Source: Elusimicrobiota bacterium
GTDB taxonomy: Bacteria; Elusimicrobiota; Elusimicrobia; UBA1565
DNA: 22,931 bases
Assembly: GCA_043819795.1 (NCBI GenBank)
Contig: JBDREN010000139.1
Coordinates: 1-22,931, forward strand
Reading direction: 5' to 3'
The first letter of the stretch is position 1, and each line of letters opens with the position of its first letter. The position numbers were made by a program, and so were the translations under genes. The notes under the pieces are model-generated. The model had not been told where the DNA came from and searched no databases. It worked only from the letters and a program-made list of their open reading frames with translations. Shown here piece after piece: positions 1-11,078 of the stretch.

Positions 1-2478
<2,478 letters not shown>

Positions 2479-2568
2479 CGCAAGTCTCCTTTGCGCGGCG
2501 ATTGCTTCCGGCGTGGTGAGATGGCCCAAGGCTTCTCCGGGATGTTGTTTTTTGATAGCGCCTTCCAT

Positions 2569-2599
2569 AATATATAGCCGTGGCCCGCCGACAAGTCAA
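2569..2599 (-). promoter_or_regulatory. Candidate sigma70 promoter for the left LamG gene
   Basis: Minus strand TTGACT (2599-2594), 17 nt, then TATATA(TT) in an AT-rich island within GC-rich DNA. Confidence 0.5.
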
Positions 2600-2665
2600 G
2601 GACAACGGCTGACATTCGGTGATGGAAAAAGCCATGAATAATATGGACTAAAAATTTCTGTCAGG
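2596..2665. promoter_or_regulatory. Conserved ~70-bp upstream element, copy A (copy B at 22313-22381)
   Basis: tcaaggacaacggctgaca...tttctgtcagg; the first 19 nt match copy B at 18/19 and the last 11 nt at 10/11. Contains inverted CTGACA/TGTCAG boxes. Confidence 0.65.
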
Positions 2666-2846
2666 CGGGATGCCGGAGGAAAAGGGAACCTGGATCGAAT
2701 TCAGCGAGTTCCTGGGGGAGGGGGACGGAGATGAGGGAGACGGCGAGGACGGGCGAGCCCGGTATCGCCCGATGGCGGCCGCTCATGCGCGCCGCGGCGG
2801 CGGGTTCGTTATTTGACTATTCGGTCAGGGGCGGCGAAATCATCCG

Positions 2847-2874
2847 TTGACATCATCCGGCGCCGGGCTATACT
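2847..2874 (+). promoter_or_regulatory. sigma70-type promoter for the 1446-aa LamG/TSP3 gene
   Basis: TTGACA (2847-2852), 16 nt, TATACT (2869-2874), about 80 nt upstream of ATG 2953. Confidence 0.65.
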
Positions 2875-2952
2875 TAGGAGGGCGGGGCAGGGAGCCGGCG
2901 AGTCCCCACCCTCGACTTGGCGGTCATGTCATTTCCCGCGGGGGGCAATACG

Positions 2953-5900
2953 ATGAACACGAGAAAGCTTTCAAGGGCATCATGGGCGCTCGCGCTTTCC
3001 TTGGTCTTAGCCGGGGCGAACGGAGCTTGGGGCCAGGACGACGGGGACGGCATCCCGCCCGAGGCCGACAATTGTCCCCACATCTACAATCCCGACCAGG
3101 CCGATACCGACGGGATGACCGGCTACTGGAAGCTCGATGAGGGCGCCGGAACGGACGCGGCCGATTCGGTGGCCGGCAATACGGGAAGGCTCTATTACGG
3201 CCCGGCCTGGACGTCCGGGCAGGTCGGCAACGCGTTGAGCTTCGACGGGGCGGACGACTACGTATGGATAGGGAAGTATCTGATCGGGCACGAGAACAGC
3301 TTCTCTCTGGAGGCGTGGATCAAGCCGGCGGGCACGGACCTGGTGCACAGGCAGGCCTTCATCGAGAACGGGTATTGGGGCTCCTGCTACAGCTGGAGGG
3401 GGGGATATGAGTTCGCGGTGGAGCCGGACGGCAGGTTGTACTTCTCTGCGGTCGGGCACGTGATCACCGGGGGCTGCAAGTACTGGGAGAACAAGTTGTA
3501 TTCCATCACCGCACTCGAAAACAGGTGGTACCACGTCGTCGCCGTGAGAGATCTGGAGAAGGAGACCCTCGCCGTTTATATCGACGGGGAGTTGGACGCG
3601 TCAGGCAACGCGGGGAATGTCGGATTCCTCGATCACTCGGGCGTCAATCTCGGCGGCTACTATAGCCCTTGGCGGGGCTGGCCGCATACGCCCTGGTATG
3701 AGGGTCTGCTCGACGAGGTGGCGGTCTACGGAAGGGTGTTGACGCCGGAGGAGATCCAAGCCCATTATCAGGCGGGAGTGGCGGGACACGGGTATCCCAA
3801 CGACGGCGCGGGCGACGCCTGCGACAACTGCCCCGGGCTCTATAATCCCGGGCAGGAGGATGCGGACGGCGACGGCGCGGGCGACTTGTGCGATGGCTGC
3901 CCCGCCGACCACAACGCGGATCAGGCCGACGCGGACGGAGACTCCTTCGGAGACGCCTGCGACAACTGCCCCACGGTCCGCAACCCGGACCAGGATGACG
4001 GCGACTTGGACGGCGTCGGGGACGCGTGCGAGGACGAAGACGGCGACGGCGTCTTCGACGTCGGCGACAACTGTCCCGATATGCCCAATTCCGATCAATC
4101 GGAGAGCGAAGGCTCGGACGGCGTCATCGACGCCGTATCTTACTGGAAGTTCGACGAAGGCTCCGGCGCGGCGGCGGGCGATTCGGTCGACGGCAACGCG
4201 GGGACTCTCGTCAACGGCCCGACTTGGACGGCCGGCCGGGTCGGAGACGCCTTGAGCTTCGACGGGGTGGATGACTACGTGGAGATCCCCGACTCGCCGA
4301 ACCTGCATTCCGAAGAGCGGGTCAGCGTCGAGTTGTGGTTCAAGGTCGACGCTTTCGGCAAGACTTGGCAGTCGCTGTATTGGAAAGGGGACACTCCCGA
4401 CTGCACCACCGGTTGCGAGAACAGGGAGAACACCTTGTGGCTGAACAAGGCCGGATATCTGCACCACACCTCGACGTCCTGGGACAGGGTGGGCGTCGGC
4501 GAGAGGGCCTGCCCCACCTGGCACGGGATCATCTCAGCGGGCGAGTGGTACCACGTGGTGACCATCATCGACGGCGTGTCGAGGAGGATGGAGACCTACG
4601 TGAACGGGGAGCTGAAGACGTGGTGCACCTACTATACGGGAGGAATACGGGACACCGCCGGGCCGATGCGGATCGGCAACAACCCGAGCTCGGACAGCCA
4701 TTTCGACGGGACCATCGACGAGGTCGCGATCTATCACAGGGCCTTGACCCCGGAGACGATCCTGCGCCATTACCGGAACGGTCTCAACGGGCACGGCTAC
4801 GCGGGCGAGGGGCTGGGAGACGCCTGTGACAACTGCCCTGCCACGTATAATCTGGACCAGGCTGACCTGGACGGCGACGGGGTCGGGGACGTGTGCGACC
4901 TGGACGAGGACGGCGACGGCGTCGGGAACGGGGACGACAATTGTCCGCGCGCCGGCAACCCGGACCAGGTCAACTCGGACGCGGACGCCTTGGGCGATGT
5001 CTGCGACAACTGTCCCGCGGCGGCCAACCCGGACCAGGCGGACACCGACGGCATGCCGGGCATGGTCTCCTACTGGAGGTTCGAGGAAGGCGACGGGCCG
5101 ACCGCGGGCGATTCGGCCGGCGACCATCCCGCGACGCTCTTCAACGGTCCCATCTGGACGACCGGCCGGGTCGGGGGCGCCTTGAGCCTCGATGGCACCA
5201 ACGATTACGTCGAGGCGTATCCGTTCGAGCACGAGTTCGCCGAGTTGTCCGTCAAGTTCTGGATGAAGACCGACGATGCGACCAAAGCGGGGACTCCGAT
5301 CTCCTGCTCCAACGGGAGCAACCACAATCAGTTCCTGATCTACGACTACCGGAATCTCGCGATCTACCTCAAGGGGGGGGCCGTGAGCACCGGCGTTTCC
5401 GCCAATGACGGGGTCTGGCACCATATCACCGTGACGTGGAGAAGCTCGGACGGCTCGCTCAAGCTCTTCAAAGACGGCGAGGAGGAGTATTCCGGCGCCA
5501 GGCTGGCCGGCCAGACCATCGACCTCAAGAACTTCCTGATAGGGCAGGAGCAGGATGCGTTCCGGGGAGGTTTTCAGGTCAGCCAGGCCTTCCTGGGTCT
5601 GATCGACGAGGTCGCGGTCTACGACCGCGCCGTCAGCGCCGAGGAGATCCGGGCCAGCTACGAGGCGGAGCTGGCGGGCCACGGCGGGCCCGGGGACGGC
5701 GTGGGCGACGCGTGCGACAATTGTCCCGTGCTCCCCAACGCGGACCAGGCCGATTGGGAGGGCGACGGCCAGGGCGACGTCTGCGACCAGGATGACGACA
5801 ACGACGGGGTCGGCGACGGGGACGACAACTGCCCGCAGGCCGCCAACCCGGACCAGGCCGACCAGGACGGCGACGGCCTGGGCGACGTCTGCGACGACAC

Positions 5901-7293
5901 CGACGGCGACGGTATCGACGACGACGTGGACAACTGCCCGGCCGACGCGAACCCGGGCCAGGAGGACCTCGACGGCGACGGCCAGGGCGACGTCTGCGAC
6001 GCGGACGCGGACGGCGACGGCAAGCTCGGCCTGGCCGACAACTGCCCCATGCACGCCAACCCGGGCCAGGAGGACCTCGACGAGGACGGCCAGGGCGACG
6101 CCTGCGACCCGGACGACGACAACGACGGGGTCGATGACGGAACGGACAACTGCCCGATGATTGCCAACGGCGCCCAGGCCGACAACGAGGGTGACGGCAT
6201 CGGCGATGTCTGCGATCCCGACGACGATGATGACGGGGTGGACGACGGGGCCGATAATTGTCCGATGACCGCGAACGCCGACCAGACCGACAACGACGGC
6301 GACGGCCAAGGCGACGTCTGCGACCCGGATGACGACGGGGACGGGGTGGACGACGGAACGGACAACTGTCCGCTGACCGCCAACGCGGATCAGGCGGACC
6401 TGGACGGCGACGAGCTCGGCGACGCCTGCGACCCGGACGATGACGGCGACGGCGACCTCGATGAGGCCGACAACTGCCCCGCGGACCCCAACCCGGATCA
6501 GGCGGACCTCGACGGCGACGGGATTGGGGACGCCTGCGACCCCGACCTGGACGGCGACGGTACGACCAACGAGGAGGACGGCGACGCCGCCGAGGTGATC
6601 GGCGAAGAGGGCGGCACAGTGGAGACGGACGACGCGGTCGTCACCATACCGCCCGGCGCGTTCGAGGAGCCGGCCACGGTCACGGTGATCAGCACGACCG
6701 GGAGCTTCAAGGTCTCGACCAACAAGGGCGACGCGTTCGGGCTGGCGGACTACGCGATCACTCCGGAGGGCGCGACCTTCGGCGAGCCGGTGACGATCGT
6801 GTTCACCTACGACGACACCATGCTGAAGAACCCGAGGCAGGAAGAGAAGATGGACGTCTTCTGGTTCAACCCGGACACGCAGGGTTGGGAGGCCCAGAAC
6901 GCCGAGCTCGACATGGACGCCAACACCCTGACCCTGCTCACCTATCATTTCAGCAACTTCGCGGTGTCCGCGCCGGACGACGCCGACGGCGACGGCGTGT
7001 ACGAGTCCTTCGAGGGCGAGACCGACGCGTGTCCGGGCTCCAGCGCGGACGGCATCTCGCTCAACGCCAACCAGTACGCGCAGAACGCGGGCTTCGGCCC
7101 CTTCGAGGTCGGTCCGAGCGAAGCGCCGAGCGCGGTCTACGACATGCTCGCGACCAGGGGCTGCACCTGCCGGCAGATCGTGGCCGCCTCGGGCGCGGGC
7201 AAGGGCCACTTGAAGAAGGGCTGCTCGCCCAGCCTCATGGAGGAGTGGACGGGCTTGAGCGGCGAGGCGGACAGGAAGGCGATCAAGAAGTAG
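2953..7293 (+). CDS. Large secreted adhesin-like protein (1446 aa): three LamG-like jellyroll domains, about 16 TSP3 Ca-binding repeats, ZU5-like domain with HFS motif, C-terminal Cys/His domain
   Basis: Start moved from the track's 2917 to ATG 2953 (G-rich RBS; MNTRKLSRASWALALSLVLAGANGAWG is a signal peptide). Three YWxxxEGxG..ALSxDGxxDYV..WxHxxx..DEVAxYxR units, many DNCPxxxNxDQxDxDGDGxGDxCD repeats, and IGEEGGTV..VTIPPGAF..TPEGATFGEPVTI..HFS. Confidence 0.92.
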   Translation: MNTRKLSRASWALALSLVLAGANGAWGQDDGDGIPPEADNCPHIYNPDQADTDGMTGYWKLDEGAGTDAADSVAGNTGRLYYGPAWTSGQVGNALSFDGADDYVWIGKYLIGHENSFSLEAWIKPAGTDLVHRQAFIENGYWGSCYSWRGGYEFAVEPDGRLYFSAVGHVITGGCKYWENKLYSITALENRWYHVVAVRDLEKETLAVYIDGELDASGNAGNVGFLDHSGVNLGGYYSPWRGWPHTPWYEGLLDEVAVYGRVLTPEEIQAHYQAGVAGHGYPNDGAGDACDNCPGLYNPGQEDADGDGAGDLCDGCPADHNADQADADGDSFGDACDNCPTVRNPDQDDGDLDGVGDACEDEDGDGVFDVGDNCPDMPNSDQSESEGSDGVIDAVSYWKFDEGSGAAAGDSVDGNAGTLVNGPTWTAGRVGDALSFDGVDDYVEIPDSPNLHSEERVSVELWFKVDAFGKTWQSLYWKGDTPDCTTGCENRENTLWLNKAGYLHHTSTSWDRVGVGERACPTWHGIISAGEWYHVVTIIDGVSRRMETYVNGELKTWCTYYTGGIRDTAGPMRIGNNPSSDSHFDGTIDEVAIYHRALTPETILRHYRNGLNGHGYAGEGLGDACDNCPATYNLDQADLDGDGVGDVCDLDEDGDGVGNGDDNCPRAGNPDQVNSDADALGDVCDNCPAAANPDQADTDGMPGMVSYWRFEEGDGPTAGDSAGDHPATLFNGPIWTTGRVGGALSLDGTNDYVEAYPFEHEFAELSVKFWMKTDDATKAGTPISCSNGSNHNQFLIYDYRNLAIYLKGGAVSTGVSANDGVWHHITVTWRSSDGSLKLFKDGEEEYSGARLAGQTIDLKNFLIGQEQDAFRGGFQVSQAFLGLIDEVAVYDRAVSAEEIRASYEAELAGHGGPGDGVGDACDNCPVLPNADQADWEGDGQGDVCDQDDDNDGVGDGDDNCPQAANPDQADQDGDGLGDVCDDTDGDGIDDDVDNCPADANPGQEDLDGDGQGDVCDADADGDGKLGLADNCPMHANPGQEDLDEDGQGDACDPDDDNDGVDDGTDNCPMIANGAQADNEGDGIGDVCDPDDDDDGVDDGADNCPMTANADQTDNDGDGQGDVCDPDDDGDGVDDGTDNCPLTANADQADLDGDELGDACDPDDDGDGDLDEADNCPADPNPDQADLDGDGIGDACDPDLDGDGTTNEEDGDAAEVIGEEGGTVETDDAVVTIPPGAFEEPATVTVISTTGSFKVSTNKGDAFGLADYAITPEGATFGEPVTIVFTYDDTMLKNPRQEEKMDVFWFNPDTQGWEAQNAELDMDANTLTLLTYHFSNFAVSAPDDADGDGVYESFEGETDACPGSSADGISLNANQYAQNAGFGPFEVGPSEAPSAVYDMLATRGCTCRQIVAASGAGKGHLKKGCSPSLMEEWTGLSGEADRKAIKK
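5716..6570 (+). repeat. Tandem array of about 8 TSP3 units, 108-bp (36-aa) period
   Basis: The NCP codons recur near 5718, 5826, 5931, 6039, 6147, 6255, 6363 and 6471 (spacing 108, one of 105). Confidence 0.9.
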
Positions 7294-7314
7294 CGGCGCC
7301 GCGACGGCCGCCAA

Positions 7315-7363
7315 GTGCCGGCTCCGCCGGGAGGTGCCCGGGCGGGGCCGGCGCCGGTCTTTT
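7315..7363 (+). terminator. GC-rich hairpin, probable intrinsic terminator between convergent genes
   Basis: gtgccggctccgcc (7315-7328) pairs with ggcggggccggcgc (7341-7354) with two G-U pairs, followed by cggtctttt. Confidence 0.6.
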
Positions 7364-7371
7364 CGGGGGGC

Positions 7372-10300
7372 TCAATGTCCGCGGAGCCGGGCGAAGAAGC
7401 CGGTTAGCCGGCAGGCGAGCAGGAACAGGACCGGGATCAGGACGAGGGTGAAGAGGATCGAGCCGAGCATCCCTCCCACGATGACCGCGCCCATGGAGGC
7501 TTTGACGAAGAAGGGGTCGGTGATCTGCGGGAGGGCGCCGAAGATGACGGCCAAAGACGTCATCAGGATCGCGCGGAACTTGAAGGAGGCGCCGAGCCAC
7601 AGGGCCTCGGCCGCGTCCTTGCCCTCCTCCATCTTCTTGAGGGTATAGTCCAGCATGAGGATGGCGTTGTTCACCGCCAGGCCCACCAGCATGACCATCG
7701 CCATCATGGAGCCGATGTTGGAAGAGAAGCCCAGGAAGAACAGGAAGTAGAAGACCCCGACGAAGGATGTGGCGATCGAGGAGACGATCACCAGGGGATA
7801 CACGAACGAGTTCAGGATGGCGACCAGGAGCATGTAGGTCAGGATGACGGCCAGCAGGCCCGCCCGGCCCAGCTCCCGGTTCGACTCCTCCTGGAACTCG
7901 GCCATGCCGACGTACTTGTAGCGGCAGCCCTCGGGGAAGTCGAGCTTCGCGAACTCGGCGTCCAGGCGGCGCTGGGCGTCTCCCGCGGTGGCTTTCGATA
8001 GATAGGCGGTCAGCTGCACGACCCGCTCCTTGTCCCGGCGACGGAGAGCGGAGAAGCCGGGCGCCCGCTTCACCTCCCCGAGCAGCCTGATGGGCGCCAG
8101 ACCGTCCCGGGACATGACGGCGATGTCCGCGATGTCCTCCAGGGAGTGCTTGTAGAGTTCGTCGTAGGTGATGCTGATGTCGTACTCTTCGCCCTTTTCC
8201 TTGAAGACGCTCGTGTCGTCGCCGGTGACCGCCCAGCGGATGGCGTTGCCCACGTCCGAGTTCTTCACCCCGAAGCGGATCATCCGCGCGTCGTCCGGGA
8301 TGAACCGGATCTCCTCCTTCGGGGTCTTGTGCGAGGACTCCACCGACCGGAAGAAGCCGCTTTCGAGCATGATCCGGCGCATCCTCTCGGACAGGGAGAT
8401 CATCGCGTCGTAGTCGGTCCCGTAGACGTTGATGGTCAGGTCGGCCTCCCGGGGGCCGGATTCGCCGCGCGTGAACGCGAACTTGGTGTCGGGGATCTTC
8501 GCGACCTCCGGGATGAGTTCGTTGATGAGGTCGAGGTCGCTTCTTTCCCTTTTCTCGAGCGGCCGCAGGTTGACCGTTAAGTATCCGTTTTCGGTCCCGT
8601 CAATGCCCACGTAGGTGAGATAGGATGCGGCCTCCGGGATCTTCCGGATCAGGGCCTCGACCTCTTCAGCCACCCCTTTCGTGACGTCGAGCAGGGTCCC
8701 CTGGGGCATCTCGACGGCGATGCCGATCTTGTCCTGGTCGGAGGCCGGCATGAACTCATTGCCTATGTAGCGCGCGGGGTAGCGCACGCTGAACAGGATC
8801 AGGGCGCACGCGGCGATCGTCAGCCAGGGATGCCGCATACACGCGTCGAAGACCCGCTTGTACTCCGCGACGAGCCATGATAGGAGGCGTTCGGACGCGC
8901 GGGCCATGAGCCCCGGCCCCGCCGCCCGGCCCGAGCCTTTCGGCTTGAGCAGCAAAGCGCAGAGCATGGGGGTCAGGCTGAAGGAGGCGAGGATGGAAAA
9001 GATCGTGGCGTAGACCACGGTCATGCCGAACTGCTCCATGAACTGCCCGACGATGCCGCCCATGAACGCCAGCGGCGTGAACACCACGAGGTTGGTGCCG
9101 GCCGAGGCCAGGACGGCGATGGTCGCGTCTTTGGTCCCGTCGACGGCGGCGCGCGCGGGGGGCTTGCCCTGCTCGATGTGCAGGGCGACGCTCTCGATGA
9201 CGACCAGCGCGTTGGCGATGAGGGTCCCCAGCGCGGTGGCGGTGCCCAGCAGCGTCATGAAATTGACGCTGTAGTCCGAGAGGTCCATGGGGAAGAACGT
9301 CGAGATCAGCGAGGTCGGGATGACCACCCCGGCGACGATCGTGGTCCGGACATCCCCCAGGAAGAGAAAGAGGATGCCGACCGTGAGCAGGATCCCGAAC
9401 GCGATGTTCCGGACCGTGGCCACGGTGTCGGCCAGGACCCGCGTGCTCGAATCGTAGGCGACCCGGAGCTCCATTCCTTCGGGAAGCGTCTTCCGGATCG
9501 CGGGGAGGTTCTTCCGGATCCTTCGCGCGATGGAGACCGCGTCGCCGTCGGAGAGCTTCTTGATGGAAAGCCCCACGGCGTTCTTTCCGTTGAAGCGGGT
9601 GTGGGTCTCCACCTTCTTGTGGCCGTCCTCGACCGTGGCCACGTCGGAGAGCCGGAGCTTCTCGCCTTCAGCCGAGACGATGCCCATGGCGGCGAGCTCC
9701 GCCACCGACCGGAACTCGCCCAGCATCCGGACCGAGGCGCGGGCGTCGGACTTGTCGATGGCGCCGCCTGGGATGTTCACGTTCTTCGCGTCGACCGCGT
9801 CCACGATGTCTTTGAGGGAGAGGAAGTGCTTCTTGAGCAGCGGCGGGTTGACCCAGGCGTTGATCCGGCGCGCTTTGCCGCCGTAGACGTCCACCGACGC
9901 CACGCCCTCGGTGACGCCGATGAGGTCCTTGAGCTTCTTGTCCGCGAACTCGAAGAGCGCGCGGTCGTCGTGGGCGTCGCTCAGGAGCACCAGGTCCATG
10001 ATGGGCCGCACCGTCGGGTCGAACTTGGCGATCTCCGGGTCCTCGGCGTCCTCGGGCAGCGTATTGCGGATGGCCTCGACCTTGTCCTTGACCTCGATGG
10101 ACTTGATGTTGACGTCGGCCTCCACCTGGAACTCGATCATGATCCTGCCGAAGTTCTCGTAGGCGAAGGACTGGATCTTCTTGATCTGTGAGATCTCCGC
10201 GATGGCGTCCTCGATCTTCTTGATGATCTGGGTCTCGATCTCCTCTGGCGAGGCCCCGCGGTAGACCGCGCTGATGCTCACGATGGGAAAGTCGATCTGC

Positions 10301-10407
10301 GGGGTGCGCTCGATGATGAGGTTTCCGTAGGAGACGATCCCCAGGACCACGAATACCAGGACGAACATGACCGTCATGGCGGGCCGCTTGACGAAGGCCT
10401 CGATCAT
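7372..10407 (-). CDS. RND family (AcrB/AcrD/AcrF-like) transporter permease, 1011 aa, with atypical TM4 motif
   Basis: True start is ATG 10407 (MIEAFVKRPAMTVMFVLVFVVLG), overlapping the upstream stop as ATGA. AcrB-like hallmarks: PQIDFPIVSISAVYRGASPEEIE, VFTPLAFMGGIVGQF, SLTPMLCA, NNAILMLD, RAILMTSLA. Confidence 0.95.
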   Translation of the reverse strand: MIEAFVKRPAMTVMFVLVFVVLGIVSYGNLIIERTPQIDFPIVSISAVYRGASPEEIETQIIKKIEDAIAEISQIKKIQSFAYENFGRIMIEFQVEADVNIKSIEVKDKVEAIRNTLPEDAEDPEIAKFDPTVRPIMDLVLLSDAHDDRALFEFADKKLKDLIGVTEGVASVDVYGGKARRINAWVNPPLLKKHFLSLKDIVDAVDAKNVNIPGGAIDKSDARASVRMLGEFRSVAELAAMGIVSAEGEKLRLSDVATVEDGHKKVETHTRFNGKNAVGLSIKKLSDGDAVSIARRIRKNLPAIRKTLPEGMELRVAYDSSTRVLADTVATVRNIAFGILLTVGILFLFLGDVRTTIVAGVVIPTSLISTFFPMDLSDYSVNFMTLLGTATALGTLIANALVVIESVALHIEQGKPPARAAVDGTKDATIAVLASAGTNLVVFTPLAFMGGIVGQFMEQFGMTVVYATIFSILASFSLTPMLCALLLKPKGSGRAAGPGLMARASERLLSWLVAEYKRVFDACMRHPWLTIAACALILFSVRYPARYIGNEFMPASDQDKIGIAVEMPQGTLLDVTKGVAEEVEALIRKIPEAASYLTYVGIDGTENGYLTVNLRPLEKRERSDLDLINELIPEVAKIPDTKFAFTRGESGPREADLTINVYGTDYDAMISLSERMRRIMLESGFFRSVESSHKTPKEEIRFIPDDARMIRFGVKNSDVGNAIRWAVTGDDTSVFKEKGEEYDISITYDELYKHSLEDIADIAVMSRDGLAPIRLLGEVKRAPGFSALRRRDKERVVQLTAYLSKATAGDAQRRLDAEFAKLDFPEGCRYKYVGMAEFQEESNRELGRAGLLAVILTYMLLVAILNSFVYPLVIVSSIATSFVGVFYFLFFLGFSSNIGSMMAMVMLVGLAVNNAILMLDYTLKKMEEGKDAAEALWLGASFKFRAILMTSLAVIFGALPQITDPFFVKASMGAVIVGGMLGSILFTLVLIPVLFLLACRLTGFFARLRGH

Positions 10408-11078
10408 GACGGCCCCTTCCCGTCGGCGGCGTTCCGCACGCGGACGCGGTCCCCGTCGGCCAGCTCCCGCCATCCCTCGACCACGACGCGGTCTCCCTTC
10501 GCGAGGCCCGATCGCACGCGGAAGAAGCGGTCGTCGCTTTCGCCGACCTCGGGCGTCTTCCGGGCGGCCTTCCCGTCCCGGACGACCCAGACGAAGCGTC
10601 CGTTCGCTCCGGTGATCACGGCGGCGCGCGGGACGCGCAGGACGCGGCCGGAGGCGGCCGACCGCACGCAGGCGACGATGATCGAGCCCGCGGGGGGGGC
10701 GCCGCTCCGGACCTTGAGGACGGCCTTGTGGAGCCCGGTGGCCAGGTCGGGTGTCTCGGATACGCGCTCGACCACGCCGGAAAGGGGCCGGACGCCGCAG
10801 CCGTCGAAGTGCTGTTCCGCGCGGACGGCGCGGGCGATCTCCGGGGTCGTTTCGGCCAGGAGCTCGCCGCCGGCTCTCATGACGCCGGAGATCTTCGTGA
10901 CGGACTCGAGCGGCCCGGACCCGAGTTCTTGGACGGCTACCGGCTTGCCGGACTTCTTCCATTCCCCGGCCACGCTGACGACCTCTTCGCCGGCGTCGCG
11001 CTCGTGGACCCGCGCCCGGAAGTGGGTCGCGGCCGCGAAAGCGGCGATGAGCGCCGCGTAGACCAGCAGCCGGATCAC
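10404..11078 (-). CDS. Short RND periplasmic adaptor (membrane fusion protein), 224 aa
   Basis: GTG start overlaps the tolC-like stop (GTGA). N-terminal hydrophobic anchor and MFP C-terminal signature VPRAAV..FVWVVRDGKA..V.G..SGLAKGDRVVVEG..LADGDRVRV. Lies between the TolC-like and RND genes. Confidence 0.85.
   Translation of the reverse strand: MIRLLVYAALIAAFAAATHFRARVHERDAGEEVVSVAGEWKKSGKPVAVQELGSGPLESVTKISGVMRAGGELLAETTPEIARAVRAEQHFDGCGVRPLSGVVERVSETPDLATGLHKAVLKVRSGAPPAGSIIVACVRSAASGRVLRVPRAAVITGANGRFVWVVRDGKAARKTPEVGESDDRFFRVRSGLAKGDRVVVEGWRELADGDRVRVRNAADGKGPS

Noticed and set aside
5716..6570. Regular ~108-bp periodicity as a CRISPR array
   Set aside because: Units are degenerate, in frame and encode TSP3 repeats; there is no constant repeat with unique spacers and no cas gene.
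4534..7314. 926-aa minus-strand ORF and other long antisense ORFs (463..1251, 9178..10191, 13726..15300, 15339..16361, 16321..17640, 19005..20540)
   Set aside because: They lie opposite well-supported genes and have no recognisable motifs; long shadow frames are expected from GC-rich codon bias.
5373..10699. G8 tracts at 5373-5380 and 10692-10699 as phase-variation switches
   Set aside because: Short for slippage in a GC-rich genome, and both genes are in frame; no evidence without read-level length variation.
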